Assembly (NCBI GenBank): GCA_044892505.1
Contig: CM097884.1
Location: forward strand, 86,056,001-86,120,000
Reading direction: 5' to 3'
From: Schmidtea nova
Taxonomy: Eukaryota
Length of the DNA: 64,000 nucleotides
Below are positions 35,151-49,290 of this stretch, one piece after another. Made by a program: the position numbers and the translations under genes. The notes beneath the pieces are model-generated. The model searched no databases. It was not told the DNA's origin and saw nothing but the letters and a program-made list of their open reading frames with translations. Every line of letters starts with the position of its first letter. Within the stretch, counting starts at the first letter, position 1.

Positions 35151-35952
35151 ATATGTTTTTGTTATGGAGTCCGCACATATATCTACTTTAATCAAGTTTG
35201 TAAAATGACCCCTGTAAAATGCTCCTGGCTAATGCTACTGCGCCATAAAGCTACCGAGAATCTCCAAATCAATTGTATTGAAATACTGGTAAATTACTTT
35301 GGAAAATATTAAACATTTCCAGGAAACAAACACCAGTTTTTTAATTCATTAAGTGTATAATTAATAAAAACGAAAAAGATCATAGCAAACTATATACTTA
35401 ATAAAATATTTTATTTATTAATAAAATTTATTGAATTTATTGAAACATATCTCAATAAAACAAATTAATTAACTGCTGTTTTTCTTGTAAATAAATGATG
35501 AAATAAAAAATATTTTAATATTAATTAATCAGAGAAATTGTCAATTTTAATTTGTTGTTTCTATGTTAAAATACAAATGAATTATTTAGTTTGATTGATT
35601 TTGTTTAAATAGCTTAAAAATAATGAAAATTGTTGTCGAATTGAATGACTTTTTCAATTAATAATTTTATTATGTTACAAATACAAAAAAATTTAGCTAA
35701 AAAATTATTATCAATTTTTTTAAATGTTTAGTAATAAAAAAATAAAATATTAATTTGTTATAGTTTGAATGTTCAACTTTTTTATGATGTTTTGAGGGTT
35801 CCATTAATAGGTTCTGGTGAATATTTTAGGATTTTATATTAAATGAGTTTATTATAATCAATGGTCAATTTAATCAACATTACATCAAAAATTAAAATTT
35901 TGTAGATAATGTTGGTTATGTGAGATTTTATGAATTTATACATTTTCAATTT

Positions 35953-38250
35953 GGGCATTCCAAAATATAGATCATTTTTTTGGGTTTATTTGAAAAATAG
36001 AACATTTTATTTTATTTGAAATATAGAACGTTTTACAAACAATCATTTTAATCATCGCTCGCACAAAAAGCGAACTCTAAATGCATGAAGCGAAACACCA
36101 AAAAAAAGAATACATTAATTTTCGAAAAGTGTAGGCATCCTTCGTATTTTTGGTCTTCCACGAGCTCTTCTAGCAATTGGTGGCAGAATATTAGATCGTG
36201 TTAGGTTGTTCGATGATAATGGCATAATATTTCTTGTAAACTGGGTATAATACGTCTCTGTCAGGTAAGCTCTCGAGACAAAACCAATATGATCAATGTG
36301 ATTATTTCTTAGCACGCAGCAGATATGCTCGCAAGGTATTCCCAGATCATTTCTGGCATTACAATCGCAAGACTTGTTAACAAGATTTACCACATGTTTG
36401 TTGTCAACCAAATATATTGTTGAAGAAGAAGCAGAAAAGTTTAAAAGCCTACCTTGAAGGATATTCTTATTAAGAATTTTAAGACAAGGATCTACAACAT
36501 TACCTTGGAATCTTCGTTGTTGCCTTTCATTAAAAACCTTCATTGCATAATTGTTAATTGAAATGATTAAAGATGTTATATCTTGGGATATAAATTTCTT
36601 AAATGCTGACTTGGCAGATTCCACGGGATTGTTGGTGTTTTTCCCAAACCTTGGGATTGGAAACATAGAATTGGCCCATTTATCAAAACCTATTTCAAGT
36701 AATCGTAGATAAAAAGGCTCGTTTCGCGCCCGTAACTGAATCATCAAATCATCAAACTCCTCCACAGAGAATGTATTAGCTGCTCGCCAATAAAAACTCA
36801 TTGCAATATTATCCCGAAAGGAATATTTTAGGTTTTTTTGCAATGTGTCTAATGCAAAATGCTTTAGAAGCTAGCGGGACTATTCTGTCGGGGCATTTAT
36901 AATACCCTTCTCCCTATCCGATATCAAAACTGTACTTACATGATTAATATTCATGTTTGAATTTATTTGTTCAATAAACCAATTCCAACTGTCAGAATTT
37001 TCACTTTCGACTATTGCCACGGAAATAAACACTAATTAATCCCAACTCTCTTGTGAAACTGCAACCAAAAGAGTACCTTTATTAGGTCCTGCCAGAAAAG
37101 TCCCATCCGTATATAGCAGTTTTCTTGATCTACCGAAAAATTCTTTAGATGCATTCCACATGATAAAAAAGCGCCTAAATGCACCGTTTTGATCTGACAA
37201 ATAGCTCGTGAAATCACCATTTGATATAATTTTTTCGATTAGGGATGGGATCAACTCATATGACCTTTCAATAATCATTCCTGCAGTCTTCTTGGCAACC
37301 TTGATTGCTGACCATGCTGTATTGTACGGGATGTCACATTGATATTCTGTTCTCATTATACCAATCACATATTTTGGACTTATAATTTCCAAATTGGTGT
37401 TTTTAAGCACTTTTCTTGGAATGCATGGATTTCTACGGTTACCTATGGGTTGGGTGAAGTATGATAAGGATGCATTTTTTTAATTATGCATTTAGACTTA
37501 GCCACAACATATCTTGCATTTACCAGAAATCCACAGTCAAACTCTTGTATACTGTCAAAATGTGACAGCATACAAGTGTTTGACAATATGTTCTCAATGG
37601 CAGCCTTGGAAAAAGGAATCAGCTTTATGGTGAAACAACGCAATCACAAGTCAATTTTGCTTAGATGCAAAGAGAATGGCTGTGGATTTCTGGTAAATGC
37701 AAGATATGTTGTGGCTAAGTCTAAATGCATAATTAAAAAAATGCATCCTTATCATACTTCACCCAACCCATAGGTAACCGTAGAAATCCATGCATCCACG
37801 CATCGCTAAGAACTCTTAAGCTATGCCAATTTCATTGATGTTTCGATTATTGTTTTCCATGGCTTCAACGTAATAACAAAACTTTTGTTAAATTTTTACC
37901 TTTGGGGAAACGGTTTATTTTCAAATTGGGAAATTGAAATATTTCATATGAAATTTAAATAATAGTTTGAAATGGTTTATTCAAAAAATACATTATAAAA
38001 TAAAACAAAATAAATAAAACAAATTTTCCTATTTTTCAAATAAAATAAAAAGTGTTCTATTTTTCAAAGTAAACAAAAAAGTGTTCTATTTTTCAAATAA
38101 ACGCAAAAAAATGTTCCATTTTTCAAATAAAATAAAAAAGTGTTCTATTTTTCAAATAAACGCAAAAAAATGTTCCATTTTTCAAATAAAATAAAAAAGT
38201 GTTCTATTTTTCAAATAAACGCAAAAAAATGTTTTATTTTTCAAATTTTC
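35953..38250 (-). mobile_element. Mutator-like (MULE) transposon remnant
   Basis: WRKY-like finger CKENGC..HPYH, DGTFL catalytic motif, LISDREKG-type region, SWIM finger CDCNARNDLGIPCEH; left end GGGCATTCC matches inverted subrepeats at 38030-38240. Confidence 0.85.
38030..38245. repeat. MULE subterminal tandem repeats (~26-28 bp)
   Basis: Repeats of AAAAGTGTTCTATTTTTCAAATAAA(C/A). Confidence 0.85.
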
Positions 38251-38326
38251 TTTAAATTAATATGACTTCATATTTTATTATTATTATTCTTTAATTATAA
38301 TACAAAGATAAATGATAATAGTAATA

Positions 38327-38568
38327 TTAATATCAATAATTCCCATAATAGTAACACTATAAATCGAGATTTCTTTAAACAAGTACACACGATTTCGGCA
38401 CAGCCTTTATCAAGTGTGTAATACTTTATCAACTAATACACACTTGATAAAGGCTGTGCCAAAATATTATGTACGTGTTTAAAGAAATTTTGATCTATAG
38501 TCTTACCATTATGGGAATTATTGATATTACTAATAATAAAAGGTCAAAGGTGAAACAAAAAGATAATT
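38327..38568 (+). mobile_element. Hairpin-plus-tail element, copy 2
   Basis: Same arms and tail as copy 1; 16-nt loop; flanking duplication ATGATAATA(G/A)TAATA. Confidence 0.8.
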
Positions 38569-39159
38569 ATGATAATAATAATAGTTATGAAGTTTTCTAA
38601 ATCATTCATCAATATATCAAAAAAGAAACTATCTTTAAATTTAAATATTTATTTACTAAAAAACAATTATTCAAACAACAACTTATTTAAAAAATGTATA
38701 TAATATTTACCCAACATTATCTGTTTATTTATTTATCTGTGATTCCGGAACGCTCAAAGTTTACTACGATTACTTTTTTTTTATTCAATGTTTTCCACAT
38801 TTTTTCTTTTTGGGGATTTTTTGAAGAGAATTTATGACCATATTGATCTTGGATATACAGGATCAAGATCAAGAAACGCATAAAATGTCAAAATCAAGAT
38901 TGAAGATGGACATTTGTTAGGAGACGATCGTGTATTCACACGAAACATTGTGTACAACGAAATTCTTTAGGCCAATCATAATAAGTTTAATAAAATTCTA
39001 AGTTAAAAGTTAACAACTTTAAAAAAACATTTATTTTTTTCAATTGTTTACTACTAAAAAATGAAACTGCCAAAAGTGAAAAATTGACTAAGGGGGCGCC
39101 TTGGCGCTTTAGAACAACCTAGTCTATAAATAAACATTAAGACTTTTTAAATCTTACAT

Positions 39160-41005
39160 AACTCTCCCCTTCTTTAAGCATCATGTCACTTCTTTATTCA
39201 TTCTATTCTTCGTTGTTTAATAGTGTTTTTGTCTTCTAATTTCACTTGATGGGCTGATATAAATTTCTTTAATTTGTAGGGTCCTTCGTATTGCATCCAA
39301 TATTTTGTCCTTTTCTGCGGTTCTTTACGAACAAGCCCTTCCTCTCGATCTCAAAGTATCGTGTACCACGCTTTTTTAGATCTCTATTCTTCCTCGTTTC
39401 AGCAGCAGTTTTTGAGTTTTCTCTAACAGTTTCGATAACATCTTTAAATGGCTTTACTGGCGAAGAAATATTTGAATGGAGATTTTTTTTCCTACCATAA
39501 ATAATTTCAACGGTGAATTGTATATGTGTTGAATTGATACAAATTTCAATCTTCGGTAAAATTTCTAACCAATTTCTCTCTTCACTACTTCCAGCCTAAG
39601 ATGTGGTTATTAGATCTCTCTATGTCTTTATTATTCGCTCGGCAAGACCATTTAATTGATGTTAGTAAAGAGAACTCTTGAAGAATTCCAAATATTTCTA
39701 ATTTTTCCTTCCAAAATGTGCTTTCAAAATTTCTTTTTCTATCTGTTAATGTACTTTTAGGTTTTCCGAATTTGTATATCCACTGATTCAGCAAGATTTT
39801 GTAAATTGTTTTTTCATCCTGTTTTGAGGTGGCTGTTAGGCTTACTTGTTTTGTAAATCGATCTATTATTACTACTACATACTACTTCATTGCAAGTGAT
39901 TTCATATAAGCAATGTCGATAACTATCTGATCGAAAAACACTGTACTTGTTCGCGGTATTAGAATCTCTTTAGTCTGCTCTTGGTTTATTTTCGGCTTAG
40001 CGCATTCCACACATTTCTGTAGGCATTCTCTAATGGTAGCGTGCTTGTTTGGCCAATGGATAATATTTTGTAAGTGACGTATCAATTTCTTTACTCCGAC
40101 ATGACAAAGTTCTTGGTGAATTTCTTTAATGGGTACTGAACTGAAATTCTAAGGAACTAGTACTAAATCCAGTTCTTTCTTTTTGATCACTAGAAGGTTG
40201 TCCTCCACTTTTAAGTCATTCCTTAGTTTGTAAAGATAATCTTTTGGATCGAAATTTATCATGTTTTAACTTACATAATCGAGGTATTTCTTCATTTCCT
40301 GAAACTGTGTATCTTTTTGTTGCCCTTCTGTTACTTGTTTCATTGTTTCTGTTATCTACATTATGCAGATGTGTCTAACTCTGGATTTACTTTTCTTAGC
40401 ACTTTCGTGTCTCATTTGACATTGTGCACATACCATTCCCTTATCCTGGATAATCCATCAGCATTTGAATGATCTTCTCCTTTACGATATTAAAAGTTAT
40501 TCTGATAAATTTTCCATCCAGGTTTGAAATTGTGGGCTAATTGCTTGTTTTGTAGTATTCATAAATCTTTTCCCATACAGATATTACTTGAAGTAGCTCA
40601 CGTATTCGTATATAGCAAGTAGCTCTTTTCTTGTGACACACTATCCTTTTTCATGAGCTGATAAATGTCTAGATCCATATGCTACAACTGTCACGGTTCT
40701 ATTCTCTTTCAACTTGTTTAAAACAGCTCTAATAGCACCGAAACTGACATCTGTATCTAGAATAAAGATTAGGTTTTCTCTTGGATAATCCAATATCGGA
40801 GCTTCACACAATTTGCCTTTGAGGGTCTGAAAAGCATCTTCGAATTATTTTGTCCATGAAATTTTCTTCTCGCATCCCGTTATTGCTTGATAAAGCGGAG
40901 CTGCAATTTTTTCGATTTCTTTAATGAATCTTCTATAATTATTTGTCATTCCCAAGAATGATCGTAGTAGGGGATAGTGAGGTTTCAGAGCCACTTTTTT
41001 CAACT
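39160..41005 (-). pseudogene. Ty3/Gypsy pol remnant (RT connection, RNase H, integrase) with polypurine tract
   Basis: LRSFLGMTNNYRRFIK, LDTDVS, KELLAI, RKGEDHSNADGLSR, HQELCH..CVEC, IVIDIAY, GPYK; PPT AAAGAAGGGAGAG at ~39162-39175 followed by a putative LTR start TGTAAG. Confidence 0.85.
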
Positions 41006-41011
41006 AGCAAC

Positions 41012-41665
41012 GGTTGCTAGGGTAAATACACACATCAAGATATTCCTCAATTCAGGTGTTGTCAGGGTAAACACACACACACACATCAAAATATTCCTCG
41101 AGACAGGTATTGCTAAGGTAAGCACACACATTACTATATAATTACCGGGGAGATGTTGCTAAGGTAAATACACACATCAATATATATTCCACGAGGATCC
41201 TGTTGCCAGGGTAAACACACACACATTAATATATTCCTCGAGGCAGTTATTGTTAAGGTAAGCACACACACAATAATATATAATTACCGGGAAGATATTG
41301 CTAAGGTAAATACGCACATTAAAGTGTAGTGCATTGGAATCTGTTGCTAAGATAAACACGCGCGTATAAAGAGTCCCCAAGGAACCTGTAGTTAAGGTAA
41401 ACACACACACACATCATTATATATTCACTGAGGAACCTGTTGCCAAGGTAAACACGTGCGTATAAGGAGTTCCCTCGGAACCTGTAGGTAAGTTAAACAC
41501 ACACACACTAATATATCATCCCCAATGCAGTTGTAACTAGGGTAAACACACACACACACCAATATATCATCTCCAATGCAGTTGTTACTAGGGTAAACAT
41601 ACACACATCAATAAATAGTCCCCGGGGAGGATGTTGCTAAGATAAAAACACACACATACAATTAT
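41012..41665. repeat. Diverged minisatellite (~45-50 bp unit, about 13-14 copies)
   Basis: Core GTTGCTA(A/G)GGTAAACACACACA repeated; some higher-order duplication. Confidence 0.85.
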
Positions 41666-42584
41666 CATTATATGCACCAAGTAACACATGTCAATATTTT
41701 TATTATTGAATGACATTTATTTTTTATTTTAATTAGGTGATTAACATACCGAATAGCTGTTCGACATATTTTTTAACTGCTAACTTTCGATATATAATTT
41801 AATTTTANNNNNNNNNNNNNNNNNNNNNNNNNNNNNNNNNNNNNNNNNNNNNNNNNNNNNNNNNNNNNNNNNNNNNNNNNNNNNNNNNNNNNNNNNNNNN
41901 NNNNNNNNNNNNNNNNNNNNNNNNNNNNNNNNNNNNNNNNNNNNNNNNNNNNNNNNNNNNNNNNNNNNNNNNNNNNNNNNNNNNNNNNNNNNNNNNNNNN
42001 NNNNNNNNNNNNNNNNNNNNNNNNNNNNNNNNNNNNNNNNNNNNNNNNNNNNNNNNNNNNNNNNNNNNNNNNNNNNNNNNNNNNNNNNNNNNNNNNNNNN
42101 NNNNNNNNNNNNNNNNNNNNNNNNNNNNNNNNNNNNNNNNNNNNNNNNNNNNTAATCAAATTTTTAGAATTAATATCAATGAATAATTGCCTAGAATTCC
42201 TTTTTAAACATAGATTAATTTATTTTTAGATAAACTCAACAATTATTTAATCTTATAGCAATTACTCTCAATTGTTTTTTTTAATATTTGAAAAAATGAA
42301 TATGTTGAATTTTTGATTAATTGGAGAAAGGATTAAGTCTTAGCAGCTTTTTAAAGAAAATAATTTGATACAATTTCACGTAAATAATTTTATATTTAAT
42401 TATTACTTTTATTAAAACAAATTTAAAATACTTGATGTATTAAAATAATCAAATTATATAATGAACGTTATATGTCCTTAACTTTATATATTTATTAAAT
42501 TTTTAAGTAATATATAAATAAATAAATTTTATATTATTTAATAAATACATTTAATATAATATAATATAATAATATGCATTTAAT

Positions 42585-42932
42585 TTAAGGTCATACCTTC
42601 AAAGGTCATTCAAGGTGCTCGACCCTCAATGGGTCAAAAACCTTAAAATCTTTTAAACCTTGCAAGTTATACATCATTCGAAAGTTATTTGAGAGGTAAG
42701 TATGATGATCATACCCTCAAAGGTTTATGTTTGCTCACAAACTTTCAAGGTGTCTCTAAACTTTAGAATCTTTAAAACCTTACAAGTTATATATCATTCA
42801 AAAGGGTCCAAGGTTAAAAGATTTTAAAACCTAATAATATACAGATCTTTTGAAAGGTATTTGAGAGGTGAGTATAATGGTCATACTTTTGAAGGTTATT
42901 GGTGGGTGCTAAACCTTCAAAGGATCAAAAAG

Positions 42933-42984
<52 letters not shown>

Positions 42985-43260
42985 AACTAAATGCAGTTGA
43001 ATGATACATATGATGGTCATACCCTCGAAAGATCCAAGGTTCAAAATTTTAAAACTTAATAATATAAATTTCAAACTATAGGAAATTGATAGATGAGTAT
43101 GATAGTCATAACCTCGATGGTGTGTGTGCGTTTGAAAAGAATTTCTACCCATATTTAAACAAAGACATTGCAATGTTAGTTAACATTGCAGGTGCAAGTT
43201 AACAAAGACATTCCAATGCAGATGCAAGTTATCAAAGACATTGCAATGCCCGTGCATCTT
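42585..43260 (+). repeat. Left arm of a long imperfect inverted repeat (putative Polinton TIR) with AAGGTC-rich subrepeats
   Basis: Reverse complement of ~49998-50570 (e.g. AAACAAAGACATTGCAATGCCCGTGCATC vs GATGCACGGGCATTGCAATGTCTTTGTTT). Confidence 0.65.
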
Positions 43261-43329
43261 AATAATAATAACAATAATAAGAATAAGAATTATAATAATA
43301 ATAATCAATTGTGTAAAATAAAAATGACA

Positions 43330-43500
43330 ATCATAAAGGTTTCGATAAAAATTGGTCATCTAGATTAAGGTAGGGTGATGTGAATATTATTGATGACTTG
43401 TGGTGGTAGTCATCGAACCAGGAATTTAAATGTTTAATATCTTGTTGTTTTAAAATCTTAGAGATGCAACAGTTATTGATTTTCTTGCAAGACAAGCATA
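43330..43500 (+). pseudogene. Internally deleted Polinton ATPase remnant
   Basis: IKIGHLD, IIDDL, HRTRNLNV and RDATVIDFLARQ pieces. Confidence 0.7.
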
Positions 43501-43599
43501 CCCTTCTAATCGGAATTCCATTAAAATGATCATAACATAAATCATAAAAAATGATCAGATAAAATGATCATGGAGTAAGTTTTATTTTTAAAATAATTA

Positions 43600-43895
43600 T
43601 CTAAATTAGTTCTACTCAGGTATTGAGAGTTGGTAAGATACTTTTGGGAAATTAATTTATTGGAGTTTATCCATTAGATAAACTTCCTTATTTGAATATT
43701 AATCAGGGCATCATTGTAAATGCTCAGACATCTATTTTGGGCGGTGAACATTGGATTGCTATTTACCTTAAACCTGATTGAATACATTTATTTGATCCCT
43801 TTGGATTTTATTATCCCTTTTTATTAGTTAGTAAATTGAAGACATTGTGTAAACCGATTGTATATAACAAAATTCGGTATCAACAGCCATTCTCG
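43600..43895 (+). pseudogene. Adenain-type cysteine protease (Polinton)
   Basis: FIGVYPLDKLP..IIVNAQTS..GEHWIAIY..FDPFG..RYQQPFS; catalytic His/Asp and oxyanion Gln present, truncated before the Cys. Confidence 0.85.
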
Positions 43896-44165
43896 ACTGA
43901 AATTGGAGAAACAATTATTAAGGAATTATGTATAATGAATGTTAATAATATTTTTAAACCAAAGTATTATATATACACTGATTTACCTTTCTGGGCTGGT
44001 ATTTATGATCGATTGGAATGGTATGAGTGACATCATTACTTTTGCCCAACATGTATAATAAATGATATTGAAGGTACTAGTGTTATTTTCTATGTCACTG
44101 ATCATGAAAAAATGCAAGTCTTGAAGAAGTATTTCCCGAAATTGACATTAATTAAATATAATTTT

Positions 44166-46925
44166 TGTTGGGTGCCATGGATGGGTTAAAACAAAAGATA
44201 AACGCTCTAGGGATGCCTCTATCCATGACCAAACATGAAATGTATTCGTGACACACAAGCACCCTCGATTATTTCCCTGGGTAATCGAGTTGGAAATGTG
44301 CAAGGTGTTTGAACAATGATAAGCAGGTGAGCTCTATTACTAGAACTATTCCCCATTTATGTTCACGGGTTCGTCGCTGCCGATAGAAGGACTTACGCTT
44401 TACTTTATCTGGATTGATTATATTTCCTTTTATTATTCCTGCCCCCTTCTTACAGTATCAACAGTTAATTTGAATCATTTATATGTTAGATCTTAACGTT
44501 TATCATTTGTCAAATTTCATTAATACTTTTGTATACATAATTTTGTATTTAATTACTTTATATTAAAATTTTTGAATAAACTTTATTTTCCATTACTCTA
44601 CCGTATTATGGTTTAACCAAAAAAAAAATAATGATAAATTAAACTACATTTCTATTTAAAATAACAACAGAATTCATTAGGCAGTTAAGAACGCGAAGAA
44701 ATCTTCGTCTGTTGATGCAAAATCTGTTGAAAGATCTATTTCTGGCAGTTCATCGGAATGACTAATTAAGTGTTGCATAACTTGTTTCCTCCACCTTCTT
44801 TGTCTGGCTCCCATTTTATATTTACTTTTCTTTTTGTTCTCGATGATGGTTGGTGAGACGTTTGGTGCGGTTGTAGTCTTTATTTCAAGAACCTGCAACG
44901 GTCCTTCCGTATTTGTTCCTTTTGAACACCCTGCTATCTCCTCTGACCAATGTTGATATGTAATTGGTCGGATCAACTGTTTTAGCTCACGGTCTATGAA
45001 CGATGTGGTGATTACCTTGAGGCATTTCCTTTACTCGATTTTTGTTGCCTCGAGCTCTGTTCTGTATTTTTCTCCTGCTCTCTGCGACCGTTGATTCTTC
45101 ATGATTTGAATCTTCATTTGTTCGGGAGTGAACCAGCTTTTATTACGGTGTGCGTTTAGCGCTTCTGCTGCCTTCAGTTTCTCTTTGGTTTGATTTAGTT
45201 CCTTTTCGAGGCTGCGAACGATTCGCCAAGCCTTATCCAACTCAGTAGAGGAAGTTATTGGATTTGTTCCCATTATTCTAAAAATCGATTACGATTATTG
45301 ATATACTTCCAGTTTTGTAGATAATGATGAAAATTTGTGTTTAAGGTTCTTTATGATTTAACGAGAATAGTTCTTACGGACTCCATGTCATTTTTTAAAT
45401 GATGATTTCATTTAAGTTGATATAATTTTTATTTTAAATGGGAGAATGAAGAGAATCCGCTATGCAGTTCAACACTGTCGCTATGTACAGCGATCAGGAT
45501 AACCATATAATTTATAAAATTTTAGCTCTGCTGCCCTATCTACAGGGATAAGAATACTGAATATATTTATATTTGAATTATTCTGTCGTCTATTTGCTTA
45601 TACTTTAGCTATTTACACCAAATCGGATGATCACTACAATATGTAGCCTACGTTGATTTATTATGTATACGCCAACCTGTTACCAAATCCAAGAGAAAAA
45701 AACAATCTCAATTGCAATAACGCTAATCTGGAATTATCGATCATTATGTTTTGGCAATTTAAGAAAATTCTGGTCAATCTACAATCCTACATGAATCTAC
45801 ATAAATTTTAAACTAGTTGTCAAAGAAGATGATAATCAAAGTAATGCGACCTCTCTAGATCCTGGACAATATTTATCAGCTACAGTTTTCTCTACTTGTT
45901 GGTAGTCAAAAATTTATAGTTGGAAATTTCATTCTTTGATTTTTATCAATTCGTTGTATGGAAATCAACATTATCCTCGTGCGCCAAATTCCGGATGCAC
46001 AATCTCTACTCATGATCGGTTTAAAAACAAATTTCTTTTGCCCAAAGTTCAGGTAATAAAATAAATTTCGAGTATCAAATTTCACTGTTAAAATTATTGG
46101 TTAATAAAAATATACCCATCAGCTGTACTGGTTGGGGTTGCTATCATAAAAATTCAATTCTAAAGTACTCTACCGTCTTCATGACATTTAATACCATGAA
46201 GATGGCCTAACTTCACGGAGTAGTTAATCCACTCAGGCGAAGTCTGCCTCCTTCCACCGATTACACGGTAGAAAGAAGCTCCCTTTAATCATTAATATAA
46301 TAAAATACTTCATTTCGCCTCCTTCCACCGATTACACAGTGGAAGGAGCCCAATCTGACAACATTAACATGAGTGTAAAATAAAATATTTCTTTTTAAAT
46401 TTATTAAAATTTCAAAAATCATGATAACATATAATCATAACAATTTAAAATCAAACAATGCTCATACTTGCTAAGCTATCAGTCTTCAATAAAGAAAATT
46501 TTCTGACAAAAATTCATAAGTTAAATTGTCTGATTCTGGTTCAGTATTTATACTGAACCGATCAGCACACCGATCAATCAGCGTCAAGCTGATGGTCGTA
46601 AAACCAAATTATTTATAAATCAAACAATTTAATTTTTTGTTTAAATTGATCATAATTTTATTAATTATTTTCTTAATTAATTATTTATTTTAATTGATAA
46701 ATATTTCATTACATTTCTTAATCATTAATTCTCATTTTTCTTACATTTATATATTATTTTTATGTCTTTTTATTATTTTTATTATACCATTTATTTCTGG
46801 TCTTATTATTTCAATTCATTCCATTTAAATCTCTTCTTATAGTATGTGTTTTACTATGGTTATTTTTATTATATTTATTATTATTATTTATTTATTCAAA
46901 TGATGGTCAAGTGGTGGACCCAACA
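44166..46925 (-). mobile_element. Solo-LTR-like element, copy D (2760 bp)
   Basis: TGTTGGG..CCCAACA ends; TSD TTTT; inserted in a Polinton ORF (LIKYNF|KEIENL rejoins). Confidence 0.9.
44677..45273 (-). pseudogene. LTR-encoded coiled-coil/basic/acidic protein, copy D
   Basis: ORFs 45031-45273 and 44677-44976 are in one frame separated by a single TAA (EATKIE*RKCLKVITTSFIDRELKQLIRPITY). Confidence 0.85.
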
Positions 46926-47789
46926 TTTTAAAGAAATTGAAAATCTTTCAGATAATATATAATATCCCTATATAGACCATAGGATGTGTACCTAAAAACG
47001 ATGTTTGTGTGGTGTAATTGATTATTTAAAACAATAAATGTATTATTTATTATGTGTTTTATTATTTTTTATTATTAATTAAAATTATTATTATTTTGTT
47101 AAATATTATTATTTTGATAAATATTACTAGTCATGACAAAGCAGACAAAGACACGTGAGGTCATGTACCTTCATATTTTTGTCATGTCACATAACAACAA
47201 TCGTGACATCATACACATAAACAATCATGTAGTAAGTGTGCATGTATTTCTTTATCCTATCCCGATTCTGATTGGATGGTTAATAAAACTTGAAATATCT
47301 GCCTTTTTATAGTCTATACTTTCATTTTGTAGTCACTTTTAATCACAATTTTCAAATCATTCAATTTTTTTAAACAATTAATAAGATGAAAAATTTATCT
47401 ATCAATATGAAACTAAGAGTTGTTGAAGGACTTAATATTGACAATAAATTTCCAATACAAAAAAGGCCAGAAAAACATAGTGGCCTGTAAGCGCAGAGAA
47501 CATCTTTTTTGGGGGGGGTTAGAATTTTGATGTGCGCCAAAGGGCCATTAACCACCTACTTTTTATCATTATTAATTTTAGAAAATAACATGAAAAATGC
47601 CAAGGATGCTCAGGATGATGCAATCAACTTTTCGAATGTCCCAAATTTTACAGATTCTCTGACATTTTCTGATACTGCTTCTGCTGCCGTTGCTGTTGTG
47701 GATATTGATGTCTCGATTTATGCCACGAACAAATGTAATTTCTTTATAAAATATTTATATTATGTTCAATATTACCGATTTTAAGTTTT

Positions 47790-49290
47790 AGACGGTATCC
47801 CAATAAACTTGCTTTTGTTAGAAAATAAAAAAAAACATATCATTACTTCGCAATAACAGACAAATAATTTTTTAAATTGTAAAAATGATTGAATCTCTCC
47901 TCTCATAATTTTGAGTTAATGGTGTCTCAGATGTTTAAATGGCTTTAGGAATGACGACACTTTCGATTGTCATATAAATCTCTCTAAAACAATTCAGTTA
48001 GGTATAACAATGTACACCATTCCTACAAATAAATATCTTAAATTTGCTGACTGGAAGAAGGCTGTCACTCCTCTCTTTGTTATTTACACCAATTTCGAGG
48101 CAATTTTACCTAGAGATACTATGCATTTTCAAAATCACTTGCCTATTTCTGCTGGTTTGCTGCTTATTAATAATTTTACCGGTGTAAAGATTTAAAAATC
48201 TTTCATAGAACTAGATAGTGTTGATCAATTTCATAACGAAATTGAATTAATTAGTAAATATTTCGTGGATCCCTTTTATTAGAAAAACTATCAAAAGAAA
48301 ATGATTTTTTCTGATGCAGATAAAATTGTTTTTGATAATAGCACAAGATGTTACTTGTCTAAAAACCTGTTAATTAATCCTGTTTGCAATCATGACCATT
48401 TAACGGTCAATTTCTTGGAGCTGCTTGTTCTTCTTGTAATCGATCAAGACAAATTAAACATACCATTCCTGTCACCTTTTATAATTTCAAGGGTTATGAT
48501 CTACATCACATTTTAAAATTCGGATATCCAAAATATCATTCATGGAATATAAGCTGTATTCCCTTGACTAGTGAAAAGTTTCTCAGCCTTTTTGCTTATA
48601 TAGATTCTTTAATTGTAAAATTCATAGACTCTTATCATTTTGTCAGAGTCTTTAAATAATGCTGTCTGACTTCATTGCCTCTGATAGAATCTGAATTTAG
48701 GGCACAATCATTACTGCCAAGGGTATCTTTCCTTATGACACAGCGACTTCTTTAAAAGTTTTAAAAAAGACATTTTCTTTACTTCTTATCTGGAAAGACG
48801 CGAAGACAGCGTATACCAGTGCGTATACCTCAGGGCTTTATAAAGATATCAACAATTTATATGGCTGGGCTTTGAACCAGAGATTGCCTTGTGAAAATTT
48901 TGAATGGGTCACAGATGAAGCTTTAAGTCAGATTTTAATTGAATGCACTAAGGTAGATTTGGATGTACTTCATTATGGTTATACTATATGATGTAGATCT
49001 AGAAATACCGGCTTTGATTCACGACAAGCTAAACAATTTTCCAGTTACCGCAAAAAAAGATCTACATTCCAGGCTCGAAAGTGAAGAAGCTGTTGCTTAA
49101 GCACACGCCCAAGAAAAAATATGTTCATCATTGGAGGCTTCTCGCAACATTTATTAAATTAGATGTAAAAATTATCAAAATACATAGAGCAATCAAATTC
49201 ACAGAATAAATATTTGAAAACTCTGTTAACACTAATACGACGTTAAGAGCAGCATCTGGAAATAAATTGGATAAACATTATTGACATTAA
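47790..49290 (+). pseudogene. Protein-primed DNA polymerase B (Polinton)
   Basis: CLRCLNGF, VIYTNFEAIL (ExoI), HDHLT..GAACSSCN, FYNFKGYDLHHI (ExoII), KFIDSY, KGIFPYD, YKDINNLYGWA (Pol motif A), IHRAIKF; internal deletions. Confidence 0.9.

Noticed and set aside
41012-41665. CRISPR-like repeat/spacer appearance
   Set aside because: The variable segments are related to each other, the constant part is degenerate, the context is eukaryotic and no cas genes are present.
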